Translations under genes and position numbers: made by a program
The notes under the pieces: model-generated
What the model saw: the letters and a program-made list of their open reading frames with translations, nothing else
Databases searched by the model: none
What the model was told of the DNA's origin: nothing
Sequence record: PX907401.1
Origin: a phage
DNA: 44,007 bases
Strand: one strand, 5' to 3'
Shown: piece by piece, positions 15,853 through 25,300 of the stretch
Position numbering within the stretch: position 1 is the first letter of the stretch
Layout: each line of letters opens with the position of its first letter

Positions 15853-16544
15853 TAATCTGGTCATTGTTTGACGGCAGCGGCTTGATGATTGAGCGTGCTG
15901 CCGAGATGGGGCATAAGTGCTACTGTTTTAACTACTCCGAAGCCGATCACGGGTCGTACCTCGACTACCGGATTTATGGCCGCGGGATCCGGTATCGCAA
16001 TGAGTTTATCGATCTGGACTTCGTGGACCGCGCGATGAATGGCGATTTCGGTACGCCGGATATCATATACGCTTTCCCGCCGTGTACGGATCTAGCAGTG
16101 AGCGGCGCGCCTGCTTTCCCGCGCAAGCGTGCAAAAGACCCCGCCTTTCAGCTTAAGGCCGTGCGCACCGCGAAGATCGCCGCTTACCTGGGTGATTTCT
16201 TTGAAGTGCCATATATGATTGAGAATCCGCGCAGTGTGCTTTCCACCCAGTGGCGCAAGCCTGATCACTCGTTCGACCCGTGGGAGTATGGGGGATATCT
16301 GCCGGAGGATGACGTACACCCGCTCTTCCCGGAATACATCAACGCCCGCGATTCATATCCGAAGCTGACCTGCTTATGGACCGGCAACGGCTTCCGTATG
16401 CCAGAGAAGAAACCCGTTTTCGTTGAAAAAGGGTACTCGAAGCAGTATAGCCGCCTCGGTGGTAAATCCGCTCGTACAAAATTAATCCGCTCACTAACTC
16501 CACGCGGCTTCGCGATAGCGGTTAACGAGGAAAATTTAAAATGA
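15849..16544 (+). CDS. Putative DNA cytosine-C5 methyltransferase (compact, 231 aa)
   Basis: Motif I-like SLFDGSG, motif IV-like FPPCTDLAVSG, motif VI-like ENPRS; ATGA overlap with the upstream helicase. Confidence 0.55.
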   Translation: MIIWSLFDGSGLMIERAAEMGHKCYCFNYSEADHGSYLDYRIYGRGIRYRNEFIDLDFVDRAMNGDFGTPDIIYAFPPCTDLAVSGAPAFPRKRAKDPAFQLKAVRTAKIAAYLGDFFEVPYMIENPRSVLSTQWRKPDHSFDPWEYGGYLPEDDVHPLFPEYINARDSYPKLTCLWTGNGFRMPEKKPVFVEKGYSKQYSRLGGKSARTKLIRSLTPRGFAIAVNEENLK

Positions 16545-16864
16545 ACGCTACATACGAAACCTTAGACTTTTCGGTTGCAATGACTAACCAGTTATTCTCC
16601 TACGACAGCAAAACCGGCGTCATTCGTCTGAAGTCCACCGGCTGCAAAATTGGCAACATCAATACTGCCGATGGTGGCACACGTATCGAATGCAACGGCA
16701 AAACTCTATCGGGGGCGCGCGTGGCGTGGATTATTGAGACTGGCAATACAATCCCTCCAGGCTATGCCGTAGTGTGCCGTCAGCGCACACCAGGCCACTA
16801 CGGCAACCGAATCAGCAATCTGTATCTGGTAGACGTAGCGCGCGACCCAAATTTTTATGCGTAA
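16541..16864 (+). CDS. Small HNH_3/AP2-family-like protein, possibly catalytically degenerate
   Basis: 107 aa; YDSKTGVIRLKSTG...GGTRIECNGKTLSGARVAWIIETG resembles the N-terminal region of phage HNH endonucleases; no clear HNH catalytic motif. Confidence 0.4.
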   Translation: MNATYETLDFSVAMTNQLFSYDSKTGVIRLKSTGCKIGNINTADGGTRIECNGKTLSGARVAWIIETGNTIPPGYAVVCRQRTPGHYGNRISNLYLVDVARDPNFYA

Positions 16865-16898
16865 ATTGGTTGCATAAGCATATTGGTTGCATTATATT
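16865..16898 (+). promoter_or_regulatory. Promoter with tandem ATTGGTTGCAT motifs (-35 TTGCAT, 17-bp spacer, -10 TATATT)
   Basis: ATTGGTTGCATaagcatATTGGTTGCATTATATT read directly. Confidence 0.5.
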
Positions 16899-16944
16899 GA
16901 GGGTGTCCGGTTGGACGCCCTTTTTAATACCTGGAGACAACACG

Positions 16945-17409
16945 ATGAAAATTTTACAAGAAGAAAAAGCATACTGGGCCGCGCAATGCCTCGAAGCCCG
17001 CGAACAGGCCGAACGTGCGAACGCGTTGGCAGACACTAACCAGGCGCTATATGAAGGCGAGGAGAAGGCGCGCAAGGAATTAGTGGAGCGCTTCGAACTG
17101 CTGTATGAGTTGATGGGTATTATGCAGCGCACCGGGTACACAACCACCGTCGCGCTAAACCGCATCACTGCCGATGGTTTGCGTGAGCATTGCAAACTAG
17201 CGGAAGAGTACGTGCGCCCCAAAGGTCGCCAGTCTAAGATCGACCGGAAAGACCTGGTGCTTATGGCGTGGCGCAACCCCACAAACGGCAACTTCTACCC
17301 GGACGCGCGCCCTTTAGGTGTGTCGGAGACGCAGCGATTGCAGCGAATCCTGAAAAAAGGTGACAAGATTGCCCTGTATGCGATAGACCCCGACCATGCA
17401 GAAGAGTGA
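16945..17409 (+). CDS. Hypothetical protein (154 aa)
   Basis: ATG at 16945 with GGAGA RBS; the track ORF starts earlier at 16774 without an RBS. Confidence 0.55.
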   Translation: MKILQEEKAYWAAQCLEAREQAERANALADTNQALYEGEEKARKELVERFELLYELMGIMQRTGYTTTVALNRITADGLREHCKLAEEYVRPKGRQSKIDRKDLVLMAWRNPTNGNFYPDARPLGVSETQRLQRILKKGDKIALYAIDPDHAEE

Positions 17410-17881
17410 GCAAAAAGATAGCTGGCGCACGCCGCTAGCTTTATTTAAACCGCTGCGCCGTAAGTTCCGATTCCGTTACGATATGGCGGCAAGCGACGCC
17501 AATCATCTGCTACCGCGTTACTTCACGGCAGAGCACAGCGCGCTTGATGTGGACTGGGCAGAGTTGAAAGGGTGGAAGTGGTGCAATCCGCCGTATTCCG
17601 ATCCGCTGCCGTGGGTTGAGTGCGCTGCGCACGGACGACGGACTGTCATGCTGCTGAATCAGGACACGTCGACGAAGTGGGCGAAGTTGGCCCGGAAGAC
17701 TGCAAACCTGATAATTCTTCTGGACTGGCGGGTGAGATTTATACACGCCGTCACCGGCGAAGTCGGGCCGAGCAATAACAAGTGCCAGCAATTGATAATC
17801 TTTGACGAAGCGCCACCCATCGGCAGCGCAAAAATTGAAATAATGAGCGAAGGAGAACTCCTTGAATATCTTAATCGTTGA
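17396..17881 (+). CDS. Phage-type DNA N6-adenine methyltransferase (Dam-like)
   Basis: 161 aa; WRTPLALFKPL N-terminal motif and NPPYS catalytic motif. Confidence 0.75.
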   Translation: MQKSEQKDSWRTPLALFKPLRRKFRFRYDMAASDANHLLPRYFTAEHSALDVDWAELKGWKWCNPPYSDPLPWVECAAHGRRTVMLLNQDTSTKWAKLARKTANLIILLDWRVRFIHAVTGEVGPSNNKCQQLIIFDEAPPIGSAKIEIMSEGELLEYLNR

Positions 17882-18086
17882 CCGCGACCCAGCGGTCGTA
17901 GACCAAATGCAAAGAGACTATAACATCAACCCACGCCGCGATTGTGTGCGTCGCGTGTCACGGCCTGAATACCTTCTGGGCCTGGATCTTACCGGCTGGC
18001 TTGTCATAACCAAGCGTTGCCATTTCGTGTGCAACTCCTTCACCGCGCGCAGCGCCCGATACACCCTTATTGAGAGCTTAAAATGA
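17862..18086 (+). CDS. Hypothetical protein (74 aa)
   Basis: ORF overlapping both neighbours by a few codons. Confidence 0.4.
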   Translation: MNILIVDRDPAVVDQMQRDYNINPRRDCVRRVSRPEYLLGLDLTGWLVITKRCHFVCNSFTARSARYTLIESLK

Positions 18087-18553
18087 AACTACTGATTTGT
18101 GATCTTGATGGCGTTATTAATGGTTCGAGTGATGCACGCGCCGACCTGGTGCCGGGTATAAAAACCAAATCAACATTTTGGGCAAAGTGGCACAAAGCGC
18201 ATGCACGCGAAGACCTGAACATGGATATGCTGCCGCTGTTGCGCATGTACAAAGAGCAAGGCTTCGAGATCGCGTATCTGACAAACCGGCAGCGCGAATG
18301 TTGGGACACGACCGCCGAACAACTGGAGGTCTTCCCCGCAGGCCGGTTGTTTATGCGCCACATGCTGGACGACACCCCGCCGCCAGAGTTTAAGGCGTGC
18401 GCCGTGTTCAAAATGGTCTGCTATGCGGACGTATCGGAACTGGTCGTCATTGAAGACTGTCCGAAGAACATCGCGGCAATTCGTCGGGCGTGCAGCGATC
18501 TGGTCCCGAAAATTTATGCGATAAACGTTGAAAAATTCACTTGCAACCAATAG
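18083..18553 (+). CDS. HAD-superfamily phosphatase-like protein
   Basis: 156 aa; N-terminal LICDLDGVI (HAD motif I DxDG). Confidence 0.55.
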   Translation: MKLLICDLDGVINGSSDARADLVPGIKTKSTFWAKWHKAHAREDLNMDMLPLLRMYKEQGFEIAYLTNRQRECWDTTAEQLEVFPAGRLFMRHMLDDTPPPEFKACAVFKMVCYADVSELVVIEDCPKNIAAIRRACSDLVPKIYAINVEKFTCNQ

Positions 18554-18570
18554 GTTGGTTGCACTATAGT
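18541..18570 (+). promoter_or_regulatory. Promoter (-35 TTGCAA, 18-bp spacer, -10 TATAGT) with inverted GCAACCAAT / TTGGTTGC motifs
   Basis: TTGCAACCAATAGGTTGGTTGCACTATAGT read directly; overlaps the 3' end of the upstream gene. Confidence 0.45.
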
Positions 18571-18615
18571 TAACGCGTCGGGGCAATATGGCCCCACGCT
18601 AAAAAGGACCACATA

Positions 18616-19170
18616 ATGAAAGCATACGAATACTGCAAAAACGCCGCCACCACTATGGAACAGCGCGGGAAAGAAAATGGCTATGACAACGCGAAAGAAG
18701 AACGCAGCGCGAAACAGATCGCTGCCGTGTTTAACGCGCTTACCGGGCGCGACCTTACCGAGCAAGAAGCCTGGACATTCCTGATCTGCCTGAAGCTGGT
18801 GCGCCAGCACCGTAAGCACCAGGAAGATAACATCGTGGATCTGGTGGCGTATGCCGCCCTGCTGGGCGAGTCTTACATGACCGTGCATGATGAGATTCAG
18901 ATCGACACAACGGCAGCACAATTCGAAAGCCTAAAAGATCTGTCCGGGCGTCTTGACGGCGAGATTAATGCGTATAACAGTGCAATGCGCGTTACCGGGG
19001 ATATGGTGGCCTCGTTCGGGAAGACCGTTAAAGCTGCCAATTTCGGCATTGCTGCCCAAGAAGTCCAGCCTATGGTCGTGCTCACCGGCGAAGACGGGTC
19101 TAAAATCCTCATGACGCCGGAAGACTTCCGCAACATGGAAAAAACACTGGTACGTAGCGCGCTGAAATAA
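18616..19170 (+). CDS. Hypothetical protein (184 aa)
   Basis: AAGGA RBS upstream of the ATG. Confidence 0.55.
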   Translation: MKAYEYCKNAATTMEQRGKENGYDNAKEERSAKQIAAVFNALTGRDLTEQEAWTFLICLKLVRQHRKHQEDNIVDLVAYAALLGESYMTVHDEIQIDTTAAQFESLKDLSGRLDGEINAYNSAMRVTGDMVASFGKTVKAANFGIAAQEVQPMVVLTGEDGSKILMTPEDFRNMEKTLVRSALK

Positions 19171-19212
19171 AACTAATCGCGGGCTTCGGCCCGCGGCAAT
19201 GAGGACCACACA

Positions 19213-19788
19213 ATGTACGGCGAATATGAAATATCCGGTAAACAATTCCACCTGGCGGCAATGATAGCAAGCATCGAGTTTGATCAGTGGCGCTTAAAGT
19301 CTGACGCGTGCAAGCAAAGCCGACTGGTCGGTGTGCTGGGCGAAATGTTTGCAGGCATGTACCTTGAAGGGCAGGCGGGCGGGCGTAGTTGCATCCCGCA
19401 AGGTTTGCTTATGCGTACCGGCCTGTTTAGCGCCAATACCATTGACCGCGGCGATATTATCATGGTCGGCAAGCGCAAGGTAAAGTCCGGCCACGACTTC
19501 CGCGAGCATGTGGTCGATGCCGTATGGACCTACGAAGTTAAGGCCACCAGCGGCATCCGTCGCGGACTGGTAGAGGCGCGTTGCGCTCGCGAGTATCTTA
19601 CCCGTCGCGTTGCCGGTGTTATCCTGGTGGGTGTGTCGTTAGGGCCACAAAGCGCGCACGGCGTTATTGAAGATATCGCGGAGCCGTACGTGATTGTTAA
19701 TGACTGGCCCTTAGTGGAAGTTGAGGGCAAGGAATACTACGAAAGCCCACTGGTGCGGCGCAAAATGGACTGGGAAAACTCAAACTAA
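19213..19788 (+). CDS. Hypothetical protein (191 aa), last gene of the plus-strand block
   Basis: ORF followed by a bidirectional terminator. Confidence 0.55.
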   Translation: MYGEYEISGKQFHLAAMIASIEFDQWRLKSDACKQSRLVGVLGEMFAGMYLEGQAGGRSCIPQGLLMRTGLFSANTIDRGDIIMVGKRKVKSGHDFREHVVDAVWTYEVKATSGIRRGLVEARCAREYLTRRVAGVILVGVSLGPQSAHGVIEDIAEPYVIVNDWPLVEVEGKEYYESPLVRRKMDWENSN

Positions 19789-19815
19789 AAAAAAGGGCCG
19801 TATGGCCCTTCTCTT
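19787..19815. terminator. Bidirectional rho-independent terminator between converging transcription units
   Basis: AAAAAAAA-GGGCCGTATGGCCC-TTCTCTT; the hairpin is flanked by an A-run on one side and a T-rich run on the other. Confidence 0.7.
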
Positions 19816-19937
19816 ATCTCTTATATTAGCTGCCATCCGTGCTCGGGGGCATTACCGTAGATAGCGTTTCGTCTTCCATGATTTCGCTAGGGTCCCCGAT
19901 CGCCCTCCAACTACCATCCTCTTTAATCGCGTAATAT

Positions 19938-21059
19938 TCACCGGTCATATTTATACCCCGCAACATCTATGAAAAAACCACCATCATCTTGCGGAGCGGA
20001 GGTATACTTGTACGCAACAAGGCCGCCACCAGCAATAGAAGGAGGTAGATCTATTAAAAACCTACAGTAATAAGGCTGAACGTTAGTTACGTATTCAAAA
20101 CCAACGGATGTGACGTTGGCGGATGCAAGTGTGGTTGTAGTGTTAGTCACTACCAATTTAACACTAGTAAATGCTGCCAAAGGTACAAACTTTTCATAAT
20201 TTACAGGTGCATCAGTAGTGGCGGTCCCTTTATTTAGTACGCGCCCTATTCCACCCCATGCAAATAAATGAATACACTCGCCGTCAATCAATCTGCAAAT
20301 CGCAACCTCGGATCCTCCAGTGAAATAAAACATCCCAATGAAGCGTCGACTTGTGTCGTCTTTTTTAGTGCTGGCCTTGTATCCGTATTTGACATTTTCG
20401 GTTGTTGATACTTCGATACCCAACGATCCGTTATCATTGTAGGCGTAAATATAATACTTCGTTGCCGCTGTTAAGCCACTGTGCGCGATAGTCTTCGGCG
20501 TCTCCAGGCGCAATATCTTATCTTCAGATGGAAGATAGCATTCCCCGGGATACACTTTTATATTTGTACTTGTCACGTCAACATTAAGGCCTGCAATGTG
20601 CTCGTCCATTCTGGTGTTAAGGGCAACCCAGCGCATTTCAACTGGGGCTACTTTCTTCAGCAAGGACGACAAATAACCCCACGACATACCCTGCATTACT
20701 TGACCGTTCGGCAGCGTTACCGAGATTTCTTCTTCGTTACCGAAGATTGCGCGCCAGTTGTTTTCATCTGCGATCATCAAGCGCAACGCTTTCTGCGCCT
20801 GGACGGTTACGCCCATCGTTGCCAGCGACATGGTGTCGCGCTTAACGCCATCCCACGCGAGGTCGGTTGCCGTGGGGCCGTCGAACGGCAGCACCAGCGT
20901 AAGCGCGGTGTCGCTTTCGACTGACGCGATAGCAACAGTGTAAGGGACTTGCCCTACTACCAGCGTTAAGAAGTCGCCAGCTTTAAACGCGGTGAACGTC
21001 GTGCCTACCCCGGCAACCGCCTTGCTGTTATTCGTTACGGATAGTGTACCCGCTGCCAT
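19938..21059 (-). CDS. Putative tail fiber / receptor-binding protein
   Basis: 373 aa from the ATG at 21059 (GAGGA 7 nt upstream; the track ORF starts at TTG 21086); last gene of the tail module; divergent from a Cor-like lipoprotein gene. Confidence 0.5.
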   Translation of the reverse strand: MAAGTLSVTNNSKAVAGVGTTFTAFKAGDFLTLVVGQVPYTVAIASVESDTALTLVLPFDGPTATDLAWDGVKRDTMSLATMGVTVQAQKALRLMIADENNWRAIFGNEEEISVTLPNGQVMQGMSWGYLSSLLKKVAPVEMRWVALNTRMDEHIAGLNVDVTSTNIKVYPGECYLPSEDKILRLETPKTIAHSGLTAATKYYIYAYNDNGSLGIEVSTTENVKYGYKASTKKDDTSRRFIGMFYFTGGSEVAICRLIDGECIHLFAWGGIGRVLNKGTATTDAPVNYEKFVPLAAFTSVKLVVTNTTTTLASANVTSVGFEYVTNVQPYYCRFLIDLPPSIAGGGLVAYKYTSAPQDDGGFFIDVAGYKYDR

Positions 21060-21139
21060 AGCTGAATCCTCATAAATTGGTTGCAATCCTGGTTGAGCGG
21101 TGTAATACTAAAACTCAACCAAATACAGGAGATGATACC

Positions 21140-21361
21140 ATGAAAACTTTACTTTTAGCCTGTGTAGTTGCGGTGCTGGTCGGATGCTCCGCGATGCCTG
21201 GCAAGATCTGCGAAGCGACATACCACACTGGCGGCATGGATTATGCGGTCCCTGTGTATGGTGTTGCGGACTTCTCCGGGCATAAAATGCTAAGGGCGGG
21301 TTATCCGTTTAGCTTCCGGTACGTGTCTGTAGACCATTTCAAAAACACCACCTGCGAATAA
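21140..21361 (+). CDS. Small lipoprotein (73 aa), candidate Cor/Llp-like superinfection-exclusion protein
   Basis: Signal peptide with lipobox MKTLLLACVVAVLVGC; AGGAG RBS 9 nt upstream; own promoter-like motif and terminator; embedded opposite to the tail genes. Confidence 0.6.
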   Translation: MKTLLLACVVAVLVGCSAMPGKICEATYHTGGMDYAVPVYGVADFSGHKMLRAGYPFSFRYVSVDHFKNTTCE

Positions 21362-21383
21362 TCCCCGAAAGGGGATTTTCTTC
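21361..21383 (+). terminator. Rho-independent terminator after the lipoprotein gene
   Basis: ATCCCC-GAAA-GGGGAT followed by TTTCTT. Confidence 0.65.
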
Positions 21384-22056
21384 AGTCGTAGTTGGCAGTG
21401 TTAATCGCCATGATTGCGTTGCCGTTATTCGTATACCCCACCACACCCCCCGTGGCGTTCCCAGCCGACGCTGCGGATATACGCGTTCGTGACCCATCAA
21501 ATCTGGCCCCCGTGTACGCCGTTATCGATATTACCTGCGGCTGGCCCTGCACAAAAAACCGGATCAGCGTAGACCCCAATATGCCCGGAGCGACGGCGTA
21601 GCTGCCGTTTAGCGTCTGGTCAATGTTAATCCCCCCGTTAGCGCCTGGCGATCCGACGGTAACTAAATCGCTTAGTACCCTGCTCTCGTTCGTCAGCACT
21701 AGCCTCCCCGTCTTATCCCAAATAGCGAAGCCCCACCGCGGAAGGGTCTGCGGGAATATGGCAAAGATGTATGCCGTCAACGTGAATCCTTGCCCAAATG
21801 GATTGCTGGCGCTCACCTTCACCACATTACCAACGCGAGAAGACCCTACGACGGTCGGCCGGGCGGTGTGCGTAGTTTTCACAAACGCTATTGCAGGGTA
21901 GTCACCTCCCAAATCAATATCGGCAGCCGCCATTTGCATCGTGCCGTTAGTCCAGGACCCGACATCCACCCGCCGGAATAGACAAAACGGCGTCGATTCT
22001 GGCGTGATAAACGGGTTGCCGTTTGGTAAGTCAATCAACGCGCCGTAATTAGCCAT
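21382..22056 (-). CDS. Hypothetical tail-associated protein (224 aa)
   Basis: ORF between the J-like gene and the fiber gene; Gly/Asn/Thr-rich. Confidence 0.5.
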   Translation of the reverse strand: MANYGALIDLPNGNPFITPESTPFCLFRRVDVGSWTNGTMQMAAADIDLGGDYPAIAFVKTTHTARPTVVGSSRVGNVVKVSASNPFGQGFTLTAYIFAIFPQTLPRWGFAIWDKTGRLVLTNESRVLSDLVTVGSPGANGGINIDQTLNGSYAVAPGILGSTLIRFFVQGQPQVISITAYTGARFDGSRTRISAASAGNATGGVVGYTNNGNAIMAINTANYD

Positions 22057-22358
22057 TATGCTCGCTCCACAAAAACAATAACGTCACATTCAGATGCGGA
22101 GTAAACCCCGCCACCTACCGCACTTGCCGCGGAAACCGTGATAGTGTTCCCGCTGGCGGTTATTCTGCGTCCTGGCCCGACCGCGCCTTCATCCAGTGCG
22201 ACCACGTATCCGACCTTCATCCCCGCCGGTACAGGGAATGACCATGCGCCTGATTTTTGTCCTTCCGCAAGATGAATCCTTCCGATCACGCTTACCGGTT
22301 TAATGCCGTAGTTGTTTGGGCGTCCTTGCGCGTCCCACGTTGCTATACCGAATGCCAT
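22056..22358 (-). CDS. Hypothetical protein (100 aa)
   Basis: ORF directly downstream of the J-like gene. Confidence 0.45.
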   Translation of the reverse strand: MAFGIATWDAQGRPNNYGIKPVSVIGRIHLAEGQKSGAWSFPVPAGMKVGYVVALDEGAVGPGRRITASGNTITVSAASAVGGGVYSASECDVIVFVERA

Positions 22359-22394
22359 AAATAACCTCGTTAAAAAGGGGCCGAAGCCCCTATA

Positions 22395-25300
22395 CTACCA
22401 GCGACCAGTAAGCTCGCCAATTTGCACGCGTAAAACACCGTTCTCGTCTTTAACGCTGTAGTTTGTGTTGGTCTGCTTTGTACCACCACCGCTTCCAGTC
22501 CCCAGGTTGATAAACGTTCCATCTTTCCCCAAGCGCCAGCCTCGCGTGCTGCCGTCGTAGTTATTCGACTGCAGCGTGTCTGTGATCTGCGCAAAGTTAA
22601 TGGACGCATTCTTGATGCGTGCGGTGTCAATGTACACCTGCCCGCCGTCAACAATAAACGCGGACGAAAGCGACCCATTCGACGGGTGCATGATGTAGAA
22701 CTGGTCTGCCTTGAACGCGATGCGTGATTTAACCGCGCCCCCTTCCACCACAACTGAAAGCTGCATACCGGCGTCATAGTAAGTCCCTTTATACGTCACG
22801 CCAGCCTTAAGGCTGTAAGTCGCGCTACCACCAGCGTGGTTAAACGAAGACGTCATCTTCTGCTCGATAGCTGCGGACTGCTGACCGAACTGCGCCGCGA
22901 CCTGGGTCTTATACTCCGCCAGTGCGCCCGCTACGTCTGCCGTTGCCGTTTGTACCTGCTGGATGGCGGCTTCCTGTTCCCCGAACTTAGCGGCAACAGT
23001 TTGCTGATACTGGGCGAATGCTTGCTCGTGAGTGCTTTGCGCTGTCTGCAACGTGTGGATTGCCGCTTCCGCATCGTCAAGGCGAGTGCCGATCAACGTT
23101 TCCAGTTGCGAGACTGCCTTGTGGGCGTCTGCCGCCACGTTATATGCGACCTTGATTTCTGCGTAAATCCCTTTGTACTCAGCACGGGCGTTAAACAACT
23201 GCTGTGCGTCAGTGAGCATCGCCTCGTAAATACCCTGCGGGATCGTGTCGATTGCGTCCTGGAAGTGTTTACCATCCTCGGAAGTCAAGAACTCGTCATC
23301 AAGCCCCTTCATGTATTCGTCGACTTTGTCACTCACCTGGCCTTCAAACGGATCTGACCAGTCCGACAGGTTTCCGATTTTATCCGCTACACGGGCGCGC
23401 AACTGCTGGTAGATGCCGAACTCCAGCGACGTTTGCGCATACTCCGCCCCCGGATATGGGACGTTGGTTAGGAACTTCCATTCCGTTTCACCAGTCTTAC
23501 GCACTTCAAGCTCGGTGTACGAAATATCCGTCGCGGCGTTGTTGTGGTTCCACTTCCACAAAATTTGGTGTAAGCCAGAAATTGCGTTGGTGATGATTGG
23601 CGCGTTAAGCCCGCCGAGACGACCATCCACCGGCGTGATAGCTGACGACACCCACGGGGACGAAATCTCGCCCATACCGATCGCGCGGACGCGTGCCTGG
23701 TAGTTACCGGAGAACACGTTAGGGATGTGCGCGCCGTTCGATGCAGTGCGTGGGATGTTCACCCAGTCGTTACCCCACTGGATCGCCATATTCTGCAGGC
23801 TAGTACGCCTCCACTGGATTTCATACACCACGGCATCTTTCACCGGCGGGAAAACAATATCCACGTTGGTGATTAGCTGGCCTTGCGATGAAATCTGCGA
23901 CGGAGTTATAGTCACGGATTCCGGCCCCTTCATTACACCGTCCGGCACTTGCGTAAAGATGCCCGGGTCTAGGCGCGCGCCATTATCAACGGCATCATAT
24001 TTGCTATCGTTGTATTCAATCCCGCGCACCGAGAAAGTGCTGGTAGAGTCATCATATTCTAGGTCGGTTATGCGGAACTTCTGCAACTGGATATCATCGC
24101 CATCAACGCAAAACGGTTGATCGGGAATCGGGTCGGCGTTCAGTGCAGTTTTCAGCGTAACCTTGTTGCCGTTGACGCTGGCAATCTCACGAGTCTCCAC
24201 ATTCCCGCTATCGGTGCGCACCAGGAATTTGTCACCAGGGCGGAACGTGATTTCGCTGTCTGTGTTCAGCACAGTCCGCGTGCCTGGATCTGACAACAGG
24301 CGACCGCCGCGGATCTCGAATCCGCCAGAAATATTAGTATCTGCGATCGCGACTACGCTACCGGGAATAAAGAATAACCCCTCCATGCCAACCTTAAAAC
24401 TAACTTGCTGGTCAAGCTGGTTTGAGATTAGCGCCCAGTGCCCCCGGCGTTGTGCTTCTGATTCACGCGTACATCCGATCGCCGTAATATCAAGGCGGTT
24501 GATTTTATGGCGGCGCACCAGTTCGACACGCTGGCCCGTTGCGATGGCGTCTTCGTAATGGTTCTTCGGGTTGCCGTATGCTACCGCGAACGTGGAATAG
24601 CGAGTTTTCTGGCTACCCGATGCGTAGTCGAATCGGCCATCAATAACCGAGGCGTTGGTGATAGTGTGCGATACCGCTGCGACCGGCTGGTCGCTTACGA
24701 TATTCAACATCTGGTTGCCCCACCATGTCATACCCGCAAAGATAGCTGCTAAATCCTTAAGCACGGTCCAGGCGTCTGTCTGCGACTGGATGTACATATC
24801 ATTCTTAAAGCGGATTTCCTGTCCGCCGTTGCCGTCGCTGACCAGTTGATCGCAGCGCTTCGCAATCTGGTAGAGCGCATACCGGTTTAACATTTGCGGT
24901 TTGATACGCCGACCGAGGCCGAAGCGCTCAGTAATACAAATATCGTACCAGTGCCACGCGGGGTTATCCGTCCATGCGCGTTTAAACGTGCCGTCCCAGT
25001 CACCGGAATAGGTATGATTAATCGGGTCGTAGTTGTTAGGTATTAGAACTTTGCGGCCTTTGCACTTGATGGACACGCGCGGGATGTTCTGGAACGCTTT
25101 AGCGTCGAACTCCACGAACAACAGCGCAGTTAGCGGGTAGCGAAGACGGGCGTCGATAATCTCAGTAATAGATTGCACCCGGATATCGTTAACCACTTTT
25201 GCCGATGTGGAGTCTGCCGTTATGCGGTGCACCTCCACGCGCCAGCCTGTGTTAACGTTCGGCGGTAGCTCGATGCGGTGATCGCGCTCGTATAGAGACA

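Noticed and set aside
22836-23357. Long antisense ORFs inside the J-like and tape-measure genes (e.g. 22836-23357, 29420-29779, 29786-30049)
   Set aside because: Shadow ORFs typical of long GC-rich coding regions; low-complexity Ser/Ala/Arg-rich translations.
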